The notes under the pieces: generated by a model
Told to the model about the DNA's origin: nothing
The model's input: the letters and a program-made list of their open reading frames with translations, nothing else
The model's database searches: none
Position numbers and translations under genes: made by a program
Assembly (NCBI RefSeq): GCF_001194135.2
Contig: NC_068989.1
Coordinates: forward strand, 30,113,708-30,149,888
Origin: Octopus bimaculoides
Taxonomy: Eukaryota
Reading direction: 5' to 3'
DNA length: 36,181 nt
Shown: piece by piece, positions 21,395-32,619 of the stretch
Layout: each line of letters opens with the position of its first letter
Numbering within the stretch: position 1 is the first letter of the stretch

Positions 21395-22779
21395 CTAGAA
21401 TTTTGGAGGAGGAAGAAATGAAAAATAACAATGACATTAGTAAGTTTAAAACATTTAGAGAAACATTTCAGAGACTATTTTAAATACTATAGTTACTTGT
21501 GGTAGATTACAGAATATATTGAGGTATTGGACTATATCATGATGATTATAATGGTATATATATTAATAGATTATAATAAACAAACTATGATTTTGAAATG
21601 AGAGTGAAGATTCAATCTAAATAAATTAGGGTTATCAATGACCAGCATACCAATCCTCAACAATCACTCAAGAAAAGGTTGTAGATAACTTAAAATAAAT
21701 TTCTACATGCTGTTTGCTTGTGATTCTCTAACCCTGATTAGCATATGAGACCCATGTTAGGCATGAACTATATCAGTGTGATAACTCATCTTGCACTCGG
21801 TTGTGAAACCTATATACGACATGAAGCAGTGAGATACTCTCCTGCTATAAGGACATTGAACAATGTAACCAACACAAGTAAAAGGCATCTCCTCACCTGG
21901 CAGAGATTTAGGTTATACAAAATCTACCAAGCAAAAAAAAAAAAAAATCAGAAACTGACTTTATTTGGAAGAGTGTCATAAAGTAATTACTCAGAGGATA
22001 TAAAGTACAACAGTCTGTAACACTTAGTAAATACACATGCACACATACACACGTACACACACACACACACACATTTACATGCATTAGCACCAGATAAACT
22101 GTAAACAAAATAAAAAATGAAAGTGTTCTTAGTTTATCACGCTGATAAAATATACTATTTATAACTGGAATTGTGTCATGGGTATGGTTAGGCCTGTGGT
22201 ATGACTGGCTTGTACATAAGTATGCTAAAGAATTATGCAAAAAAAGAAACAATAAAATATAGATGAGTCTTCAGACTATCTAAGATTTTACATAAGCTTG
22301 AAATAGATGTGTTAATTTTACTATGCTATTAAGCTTCTGCACAGGAAAAAGTTCATTTCTAACATGTTTATATCATATATAATGATTATCGTGATTTAAC
22401 CTAAATTTCAACAATTTAAGTGATGTTAAAATGATAGAAACAAATTAAGAAAAAGAGGTTTTAAAATGGTGAAGACATTAAAGTGATGTATGAAATATTT
22501 CATATTGTTTACTTGGTTATGTGTTTGAATTTTTCTGGTTCAACTTTGTTGGTTATTTCCTTGAGGTTAAAAAATTAAATACTAGTAAAAAATTTGGATT
22601 TCTTCAATAAGTTTTACTTCAGACAGAATCATTAGAGAGTCAGAAAAATACCTTGTGTTATTTCTTCCAGTTTGCTATGTCTTAAATTCAAATGTAATTG
22701 TCTTTCCCTCCCTTCAAAACTGCTTGCCTTGAGCCCAAAATTTGAAAGAATTATTATTGCTATTATTGAGCGTGGTGGA

Positions 22780-23051
22780 TTGACAGAATCTTTAGAGTGT
22801 TGGACAAAAGTGTCATTCAGATTTGTTCTGGTTATTTTGAGTTAAATCCTGCTGAAGGCAACTTTACCCTTCATTTTTCCATGGCTAATAAAATAAAGTA
22901 CCAGTCAAGTACTGCAGTCAGTTTGTGCTTGTGTCAGAAATTATCATCATCATCATCATCATCATCATCGTCATTATCATCATCATCATTGATTTGATTT
23001 GTTTTAACTCACGAGCTGTGGCCTTGCTGAGGCACAACCACCACCACCACC

Positions 23052-23085
<34 letters not shown>

Positions 23086-23288
23086 TCATCATCATTATTA
23101 TTATTATAAAGGTAGTGCTGAGTGCAAATTTCACAGAGGTTGACTTTATCTTTCATCCTTTCAGGGTCGATAAAATAAGTACCAGTTTAACACTGGGGTC
23201 AATGTAATCAACTCATCCCCTCCCCCAAAATTGCTGCCCTTGTGGCAAAATTTGAAACCATTATTGTTATTATTATTGTTGCTGCTGC

Positions 23289-23361
<73 letters not shown>

Positions 23362-24110
23362 ATTATTATTATTATTATTATTACTACTACTACTACTACT
23401 ACTACTACTATTACTATTATTGTAAAGGCAGTGCTGAGTTCAAATTCTGTCAAGGCTGACTTTGCCTTTCAGCCTTTTGGGGTCAATAAATTAAGTACTA
23501 GTCAAGTACTGGGGTCAATGTGATCAATTTTTCCTTCCCCCCAAATTTCAGGCTTTGTGCCTATAGTACAAAGGGTTATTTTAAAGACAGTAGATTAGCA
23601 TATTCATAGGATGTTGGACAAAATGCTTGTGGTAATTCTTTCAGTTCTTTACATTTTGAATTCAAATTCTGCCAAGGTTAATTTTGCCTTTTATCTTGCT
23701 AGGATCAATGAGATAAGTACCAGTCAAGTACATACCAAAGTTGATATAAACAAGTAACAGTCCAGTCTCAAATTTGCTGGCATTGTGCTTAAATAGAAAT
23801 AATAATTATTATTATAGGGTAAAATCTACCATAAATTAGAAATTCTCAGTGAATTAGTCAAATTTCAATTCTCATTTCTTCTGTCTTTATGTTCTAAGTT
23901 CAAATTCTGCTGAGGTTGACTTTCGGGGCTGATAAAATAAGTACCAGTTGAGCACTTGGGTTGATGTAATTGACTTACCCATCCCCCTAAATTGCTGGCC
24001 TTGTGCCAAAATTTGAAACCAGTATTTAGCTATGCTTCTTTACTTTCTGAGTTCAAATCCCACAAGGATTGACTCTGCTTTTCATTCATCATGGATGAAT
24101 AAAATATATA
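22780..24110 (+). mobile_element. Head-to-tail cluster of about six same-strand SINE copies separated by trinucleotide tracts
   Basis: The core gagttcaaatt...tttcatccttt..gggtcgataaaataagtaccagt recurs at about 22780-22925, 23107-23265, 23421-23575, 23595-23790, 23880-24022 and (truncated) 24035-24110. Confidence 0.85.
22943..23420. repeat. Compound trinucleotide tracts (CAT, CAC, TAT, GCT, GTT, ATT, ACT) interleaved with SINEs
   Basis: Direct reading at about 22943-22990, 23038-23106 and 23260-23420. Confidence 0.95.
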
Positions 24111-24281
24111 CATTAATTTAGGGATAACCATACACCTACTCTACAACTGCAAACTAGTTCGAATCCATACTGTTATACTTTTGATTTCTCAACACCCTAC
24201 ATAAATCCACCTCCCTTTCTACTGTAATCCTGCTCAGTCAAAGAAGCTCTTTAGTCTTAAGAGTTATATGGCAACCTTACT

Positions 24282-24470
24282 AGTACTGGTGCCATGAAAA
24301 AAAAAAGCAGTACACTCTGTAAAGTGGTTGATATTAGGAAGGTTACCCAGCCATACAAACCATGCCAAAGCTGAGACATTGGAGCAAGATGTGATCCTCC
24401 AGCCCACTGGATCCTGTCAAACTGTCCAATGCACACCAGCATGGATGATGGACATGAAATGATGATGATG
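24282..24470 (+). mobile_element. SINE or LINE-tail fragment with RTE-type 3' end
   Basis: gtacactctgtaaagtggttgatattaggaagg...ctgtcaaactgtccaatgcacaccagcatgga...(gat)n. Confidence 0.7.
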
Positions 24471-24514
24471 TTCTCTACCAAAACATTCATGGCCTAATAA
24501 GTAAGAATTCAGTG

Positions 24515-27500
24515 TTGTTGTTATTATTATTATTAAGCTAGTGCATGTTAATTTAATTATCAGGAATTTTATCTTGAGGTGACAAGCCTTCTCAAATCTC
24601 AAGAATTTTTTTTAGGATTCTTACAGAATATAGGATGGTACTTTCCGTAGATTGACAGCCTCTTGTGTAGCATTTTGGATGTTGTGCAAAGTGCACCAAT
24701 TACCATCAGAATAACTGCTGTCTTAGTCTTCTTCAGTCACTTCAGCTCTGGCCAGATCCTGATATTTCTCAATTTTTTCAATTTCTTTGGTATCAACTCT
24801 GTTACCATAGAGAATTGCAAAGTCTATGATCTTATACTGTTTCTTTTATTTTGTACTCTGTAATTATATCTGGTCTTTTTGCTTCAATAATATGGTCATT
24901 CTTTATGAGGAAAGTCCCATAAAATCCTGTAATTCTCATTCTCTATCACAGCCTCTGGTTCATGTTCATTGCACTTTTCTGTTATTCTGAAGCCACACAC
25001 TCAGCTAACATCCCAATGCACTCTTTTGCCTACACAGTCATACTTGTACTTATACTTTTTTGTGCTAGCTTACTGCACTCACTCAAAAGATGATTGTCTC
25101 CTTTCCTGCAGATCTTTTGTTGATCTTTGCCTTAATCAGGTTTATTCTAATAGCTTGTTCTTGAGTAGCTATAATTAGCATTTCAGCCTCTCATTTCAGA
25201 CTCCTGTCTGTCAGCCAGAGCCAAGATTCTTTACTTCCAACTTTCTTGGTTTGTTATATGAACTGGCTACGTAATTCTGTTTCTTTCTACTTGTTTGTTC
25301 TGTTGCTCTTTCTCTCCTTAAATTCTCCTATTGTTTCAGTAGGTTTGGGGCATCTCTAGTTGCCAATATATCCTCTCTTTACTCTGCACAACATAATTTT
25401 TCAGTCCCAATATTGCAATACTTATAGTATCTTCTGTGTTCAGTAATGCTCAGCCACTTTCTTTTCTTAGTAGGTAGAGTCTGTCAGTTTACTTTTAGGA
25501 TGGTATTGTTCATCATGAGCAGTTTTCTAGTTCTGTAACTCAGCCTTGGTCTATTTCAGAAAGGGAGTATCTCAGTATTGGCATAGCCCTTATATTTATT
25601 GCTTTAATGATATTCCCTCCATTTAATTTTGTTTTGAGCATCTTCCTAATTCTCCCCATGTACTCTTTAGTGATTTTCTGTCTCACTTCTACTTCCATTA
25701 TTCTATCATTTTGTAGCACTCCTAGATATTTGTATCCTTAATTATTCTGCGACAGTTATGGTCTTTCTTATCTTTTTTTATTTTGTATATAGCTTGAAGT
25801 CATACATATAAAGAAGGTGATTTATTTTCATGTTGGTTTTAGTAAACTCATAGGCAGGCATGAATTAAAGTCTCTTTTAGATTTCATGTTGAATACAGAG
25901 TATATTATCAAGACATAATAATGAAGAATGGAGAGTTATACATCTTTGAAATTTATTTATTGAAAAGCAGACTAGCAGTCCCCCTTGATTTCTTTCTACA
26001 CCATTTTTGTTCCTCTGGCAATAAATTCCCCTTCTCCAGAAAATTATATACTTCATCTGCTATGAGGCCAGTTAATAACTTTCAGAGTAATTGTAAACAA
26101 GTAATAGGTCTATAATTATTACTTCACCTTTCTTTTCTTTCTCCTTCTTTTGTCATCCATGTTGGCATTCTATTTTCTATGCAGTAAAAAATGGTCATAT
26201 ATAACTGCATACATGAGAGATTTTTGAATCAGAATCCCTGAACACCATCTGGTCCAGGGGCTTTCTAGTTTGGTATTTTCTTGATCATCTCTTTTATTTT
26301 CTAATCTGTAATTGTTATATTTTCTTGTGCCACTCCATCTTCCATTTCTCTTTTAAAATTCCACAGCTAGCCTGATTTTATATTATGCTGGACTTCTTTG
26401 CTCCTGATTTCTGCTGCTTCAGCACTGGGCATATGATTTTCTTGATGCTCCTCTTCATTGTCAGAATTTTCTTTTGTTGTTCTTCAAAAGTCTATTCTGC
26501 TGGTACTGATTTGTTCTCTGTTGGTATTTGTCTTTTTTACCTAATAGCGCTTTGATTTTTTTGTTTTAGTTCTACTTTAACTACTTGCAGTCTTTCAAGT
26601 CTCATGTTGCACTTCATTTGCAGTTGCTACTGTCTTTCCTTCACTCTCTGTTTTTTTTATGGTTGAACATATCCATCCAAGATCTCTCTTGAGCTGTTCA
26701 ATTTGGTTCTCAAGCTTTTGTTTCCACCATGGGACTTTTTCCTTTGGCTTAGAATTTGCACGACAGAAGAAGCTGTGTAGCCTATAAGGTTGTTCAGATC
26801 TGTTATGTTTTCACTGTAGATTTTTGTTAATAGCTTTTTCACTTAGTTTTCCTCTTTTGATTTCTCTCAGAGCAGGAAGCCTTTTCCTTTCACAATTTTG
26901 TGCTTCATTCAGGTGTTGTAAACTCCTTCCCTTCTCTGTAACAATCTTCCTTTCCATGAAGTAAAATTTGTCTTCAACCAGGCAGCTGTTTCTTTTGTGG
27001 GGATCTATTGGTCCTTCTAATAATCCCTGTTCTTCTGTTTCCTTTTCTTTGTACTCAGCATAGTCATGTTAAAACTCTTTCACTATTGTGGAAATCTCCT
27101 CCAGTCCCAACTGGGATAGCCACTATCTTTTCACAATGAGATTTTTTTTTGTCTAGAAGTCTGTGTTTTACGGTAGGGAATGTGTTTCTCTGTCTATTTT
27201 TTTGTGCATTCTTTTCCTGTACTCTATTTTGGTGTGCTCACGTCTGTAATAGCATTCCATTACAGTTTTATTGTTGCCTTGAGTTCATATTCTCCTAACC
27301 TTTGTAGCAGTATTTGGATAATGGCCAGGCTCACCCAGCTGTGCAGTAGAACACTTGCCATGCAAAGACCTTCACTTGGGGTTCAGGTCTCACGAACACA
27401 GTTGTGATGATTTTTGTTGGATACTGCATTCATAAGTTACAACCACCAGTTGTTTTTATTGAGAAACCATTTCTAGTGGGTTGCCAGCCATAGCTAAAGA

Positions 27501-27740
27501 TACCCTCTTCCCACAGTGGGAGATTTATCCCCATCAAGATGTTCTCTGCTGTTTTGTTCTTGGGATATTCATTTGTTATTACTGCTGTCCTAAGTGGTAA
27601 TGACTTCATCAGCAGTACTACTAGTAAAGAAATACTATTAGGATGGCTGTTGACACTTCAGAGTTCATCTTCTTTTTCATTCTGCAGGGTAATGAAATAG
27701 CAAGAAAAAGCACCCTCCTCACAAAACACACTCTGTGGGG
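24515..27740 (-). mobile_element. Decayed near-full-length R4/Dong-like non-LTR retrotransposon (RT plus restriction-like endonuclease)
   Basis: Minus-strand pseudo-translation gives LLPEEQKWCRKKSRG, KINHLLYMYDFKL (from YMDD), YKYLGVL, EAEMLIIATQEQAIR, a CCHC-like HLLSEC, ENENYRILWDF, IEAKRPDII, IIDF, EKIEKYQDL, ending in a (TAA)n tail at about 24515-24535. The 5' boundary is approximate. Confidence 0.85.
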
Positions 27741-29056
27741 CTGCTGTTTTAGTCACCAATGGCTCAACTTTCATCATCATCATCATCATCATCATCATTA
27801 TATGTTTAGCTTTTGCTTTGTATTTGCACAAGTTTTTTCTTTGTTTTTGTTATCTACGTAGGAAAATACAGAAATTACGAATCTGGGAAATACATATATT
27901 TTTTATACTTCAATTTTTCTTGAAGAAACACTCAATGCCCCTTCCCCCACCTCGTTCACCCATCACCTACTTGCTTTCACTTTTGTCTGATGTTTCCCAC
28001 ATGCTTAGAATTCTACTGAAGTAGCAAACTTAAAAAATACCAGACCACTGTCAGAAAACCCGACTTGCTAGAAACAACAGGTAAATTACATTATTTCTGA
28101 AGAAACTTCCCTGCTTTTCAGAAAGCTAAAAGTGAAACATTGGGAGTGTGTAGCTTTTTGAAAGTGGTGAGGTGATGGGTAAAATTCTTAAAGATTCGTA
28201 CTCTCTGTTTTTTCTCCATGGATTACCAAGAAAAAATATTTGAAAAAAGTAAAAAATGAATTTGGTGTGGAGAGGGAAAAAATTAAAATATTGAGAACGT
28301 GTTTTGTGGGTGAAATCCTAATGCCTTGTATCGCAAACATAAGAATCAGAAGAAATTTAGGAAAAAAATAAGGCAAGGGAGCAGAAATGTCAACTTGGAC
28401 ATGCTAGAAAGAAGAGGTAAAGGACAGGATTTCTGGGAAAACTTTCTTTTAAGTTTATATCAACGATCAAAGGTTTTTATATCAAAGGTTTTTAAATACG
28501 CTCATCACAAACACAAATTACACAATAGAAAAAGATAATTTTAATTGGATTTGAGCTTTAAATTTGCGCATGCACACTGCAAGAAATAACATAATTTGCA
28601 CAGAGGTTTTACCTAGAGTGTGTGTATGTGTCAAAGGAAGTTATTTTCCTTCGTTTGAAGAAACAAAGTTGTTAACTCAGCATATATGGAATCATATGAT
28701 TGTTCATTAATTTCCGTAAAATTCTTTTAATTTATTTATGCTTTGAAGAGAGCAGAAATTGAAAGAGAGGATAAAGAGAAAAGGCGACATTTACTTTGAA
28801 GTGAGAGGATAAAGTAAAAGAGAGGAGAAAGTGAAAGATGTATGTGTATATGAAATGGACGTGTGTGTGAGAGAGAGAGAGTGAGTGAATGAGTGAAGGT
28901 GTGTGTTGTGATGTATGAATTTTTTGCATGTATGTGTAAGCATCAGGCAGAGGTAAAGAATATGTACACCACCCGTTTTTGGCATAACCCTAACCCTAAA
29001 CACCGGGTATGTGTATTCTTTACCTTCGCCCATAAATACATATGCATACATTTTTT

Positions 29057-29094
<38 letters not shown>

Positions 29095-29616
29095 AATTTT
29101 CTCATAACATATAGCGAAATGGATGTCTTTTAAGGCAATTTTTTTTTGTGGCTTATTTTAATACAATATTTATGTGTACATTTTCATAAATGTTTGTCTG
29201 AGTAGATTTCTACGCATGCGTGAAACATCAGACGAAAGTGAAACATTAGAAGCAAATTGAAATACTGTCCGAAAATGACCTCAAAATTGTGGAACTCAAC
29301 GTAGTTACCGAAGTTTTTTTAGTTGTGAAAAAGAGTTGTTGAGTGAAAAACATAGTTTATTTGGTAGATAGATAATAAACAGCAGCAGCCATGTTTTGTT
29401 ATAACTCTCAAAGTTGTCAACGAACTGTCATCTGATCAGCTGTTTTGTTCGCTAATTTTTTTTAAAGTGAAAGAGAGGAGAAAGTGAAAAATGTATGAAT
29501 TTGTATATGAAATAGATGTGTGTGTGTGNNNNNNNNNNNNNNNNNNNNNNNNNNNNNNNNNNNNNNNNNNNNNNNNNNNNNNNNNNNNNNNNNNNNNNNN
29601 NNNNNNNNNNNNNNNN

Positions 29617-29651
<35 letters not shown>

Positions 29652-29739
29652 ACATGTACATACAAAAAAGATGTATGCATATGTATTGATATGTATGTAT
29701 ACATGACAACACATCCCTTCAGTCACTCTCTTTCCTCAC

Positions 29740-29790
<51 letters not shown>

Positions 29791-31524
29791 TTTTCTCTCT
29801 CCCTTCCTCTCTCTCCCTTCCTCTCTCCCTTCCCCTCTCTCCCTTCCTCTCTCTCTCTCTTTCTCCCCCCCTCTCTCTCTCTCACACACACACATCCATT
29901 TTATATACACATACATACATCTTACATTTTCTCTTCTCTTTCACTTTTAAACAAAAGTAAATGAATAAAAATTTTTTTACAGAAATTAACGAACACACAT
30001 GACAGTTCTGAAAGTCAAAACGAAAGATCACCTAAGCAACTTTCAGATGGATGGGACTAATTCGGAGAAACATTACTTTCATTATTCACACATTGTCAGT
30101 CTTGTAATCGAACACTGCAATTTTGGTTCAGCTTGAAAATGTGAAACTATTTTCACTTTCTAATGAAACCTGGTCATTGTAACTATCAATATCAGTGTGT
30201 TTCACTGTTGGGTGAAGGGCAAAGTCACAAACATGTACTAAGACTCACAGACATACATTAATACACACTTCAAGCCTATCTCTGTTCCTGTGTGTGTCTG
30301 TCTGTGTCTTTAGGTGTGTGTGTTTGTGTGTGTGTGTCAGTCGTCACAAAAATGTATGTATACTGACAGGTACAAACACCGTCACACACATATACTTGTC
30401 AGTGATTGGCCTAATGTATGTAACGAATGCACGAACACATTCATATAGAAAATGTGACGTCATTGTCGTTGTGGTGTTGGTAAAAGATGTTGTTTACGAT
30501 AGGTGATTAAAAGAAAAATGATAATGTTAAATTTTTGTAATGCAAATATGTGAATGAAAATATAGTTTAGTTGGTAGCCAAAAGCTTACTGAATCTTTTG
30601 ATACCCCATACGTCAAAATCGGCAACTCGGTTTGGAATGCATAAGGAACATATGCACACACACATACACACATACAAACTCTCTTTTATATATATATATA
30701 TATATATAGATAGACCTGTATGGGTGTGCATTTGCTTTTCATGCAAAAATAGCTGTGTGAATTGCTTCCATATTTGGGATATATAATAGGGTCTTCAATT
30801 TATTTTTATTATTAAAAATAAACAATATTGCTTTACATATATGATTCACTTCTTTAAAAAGGTTTCTCAATGTCAACTTCTGGTATTGATGGCGAAATTT
30901 TCTGTTTTCATTTGTAAGATCTCTCACTCTCTATTTTAATGTTTTCATTTCAAGTTTTAATTTGCTATTTGCAAACAAGTATGATAAATTACTGAAAGAA
31001 ATATTTAAGTTCACAAATTTAAATATTCAGTACAGGATTGTTTTTAATGAGCTTTTATTTATACGATTTTTTCATTTCATTCATTGTTTGCAAAGTTCTC
31101 TCTACCCCACTCTCTGTCTTTCTCTCTCTCTCCCTGACACACACACTATCTCTCTAATCACACTAGATCTGTAATATAAATACAGACATACACACATACT
31201 CTTGGGTTGATTTCATTATTACACAAATGTCACATTAGAATTTTGCAATTCAACATGGTGAGTGCAGAAAACTATGGGTATTTTTCGCTTGAACCTGCCC
31301 ATTTTGTTAATTTCCATAAATTTTTTTTATCTATCTACTTTTTGCATGCTGTGTTCAGCTCTATGTATTTGTAGTCAATCACACACTCCCACATGTGTTT
31401 TTGTATGTGCATTTTTATACATTTATGTATGTGTGTATGAGAGAGAGAGAAAGAGAGTGGGTCAGTCAAGGAGTGTGTTGTCATGTATATGTACATACAT
31501 AAATACATATACATACATCTTTGT

Positions 31525-32120
31525 CAGGGATGTCACTAAGCTCCTGCAATCCCTGCAGTTGCAGGGGGCCTCCGCAGTTGAGGGGCCCCATGTTAAGATC
31601 AAAGTACGTAGATGAGTCATCTATTTGCTTTGGTTAAGATGTTGAACATGAATTAAACTATCTATGTTAACTGAAAATTTCAAGAAATTAAATGGTAATA
31701 AATTTTACCAGCAAAAGTTCTTGTAAAAATATTACATTGTACCATGAACATGTACCAGACTTTGTGGATTGTCTATGATATCTATTGAACATGAACTCAG
31801 CTCTCAGCTTGATTATTCTGAACTGATCAATGATTTCATGAAGCGAAAAGTGCGTTTGTCTTTGGAAGTTGCCTGGATTATAAAAGTGCTCTTTTATTTA
31901 TATCTGGAAGTTTTACTTATTGAAATTTGTAATAGACCTAAATAAATTTAACTTGTACTTTTAAATATGTTCTTTTGGATAACGTGAAATAAACTTCTGA
32001 CAGAATAAAGTAAAATATAGCTATGAATAAAAGGTGCATAGATAATGAATTTTGATTGAAGGGATGGGGCCTCAAAACAAAAAGTTGCAGGGAGCCTCTA
32101 AAAGTCATGCGACAGAGCTG
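31525..32120 (+). mobile_element. Internally deleted hAT transposon derivative (596 bp) with 8-bp TSD
   Basis: CAG...CTG termini (CAGGGATGTCAC vs CAGCTCTGTCGC); flanks atctttgt (31517-31524) and atatttgt (32121-32128). Internal RLCGLSMISIEHELSSQLDYSELINDFMKRKVR (from 31757) resembles the hAT C-terminal dimerisation region. Confidence 0.85.
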
Positions 32121-32196
32121 ATATTTGTATGTATGCGTGTGTGTATGTATGAGAGAGAAAGAGAGAGAGAGAGTGATGCCTAAGTGGTGCTCAGTT

Positions 32197-32228
<32 letters not shown>

Positions 32229-32619
32229 GTACACATACATACAAAAAGATGTATGCATATTTAAGTATGTATGTATACATGACAACACACCTCTTTGCTC
32301 TCTTTCTCTCTCTCTCTCTCTCACAGACACACACATACACACACATCCATTTCATCTGATGTTTGATACTTTATGTATGTATGTGTGTGTGTGTGTGTGT
32401 GTGTGTGCATGCACGTGTGCATGCACGTGTGCATGGGGCATTCTGCAATCGCCATTTATTTCAATCACTTTTGTGAAGATATTCATGTAACTCAATTTTT
32501 CATTTAATCCCCATTTTAATTTTCCAAAATAGTTTCTGAGAACAATGTTCTCACTCTCCAGGAGAGGAGACATGGTAGATGTAGATGATCAATATTCTAC
32601 AGTGAAGCAAGGATGAGTA

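Noticed and set aside
27665-27700. Plus-strand splice acceptor tctttttcattctgcag
   Set aside because: It lies within the reverse complement of the R4/Dong-like ORF; no supporting plus-strand exon chain.
28986-29000. Telomere-like taaccctaaccctaa
   Set aside because: Only about two units, embedded in interspersed repeat; not an interstitial telomere array.
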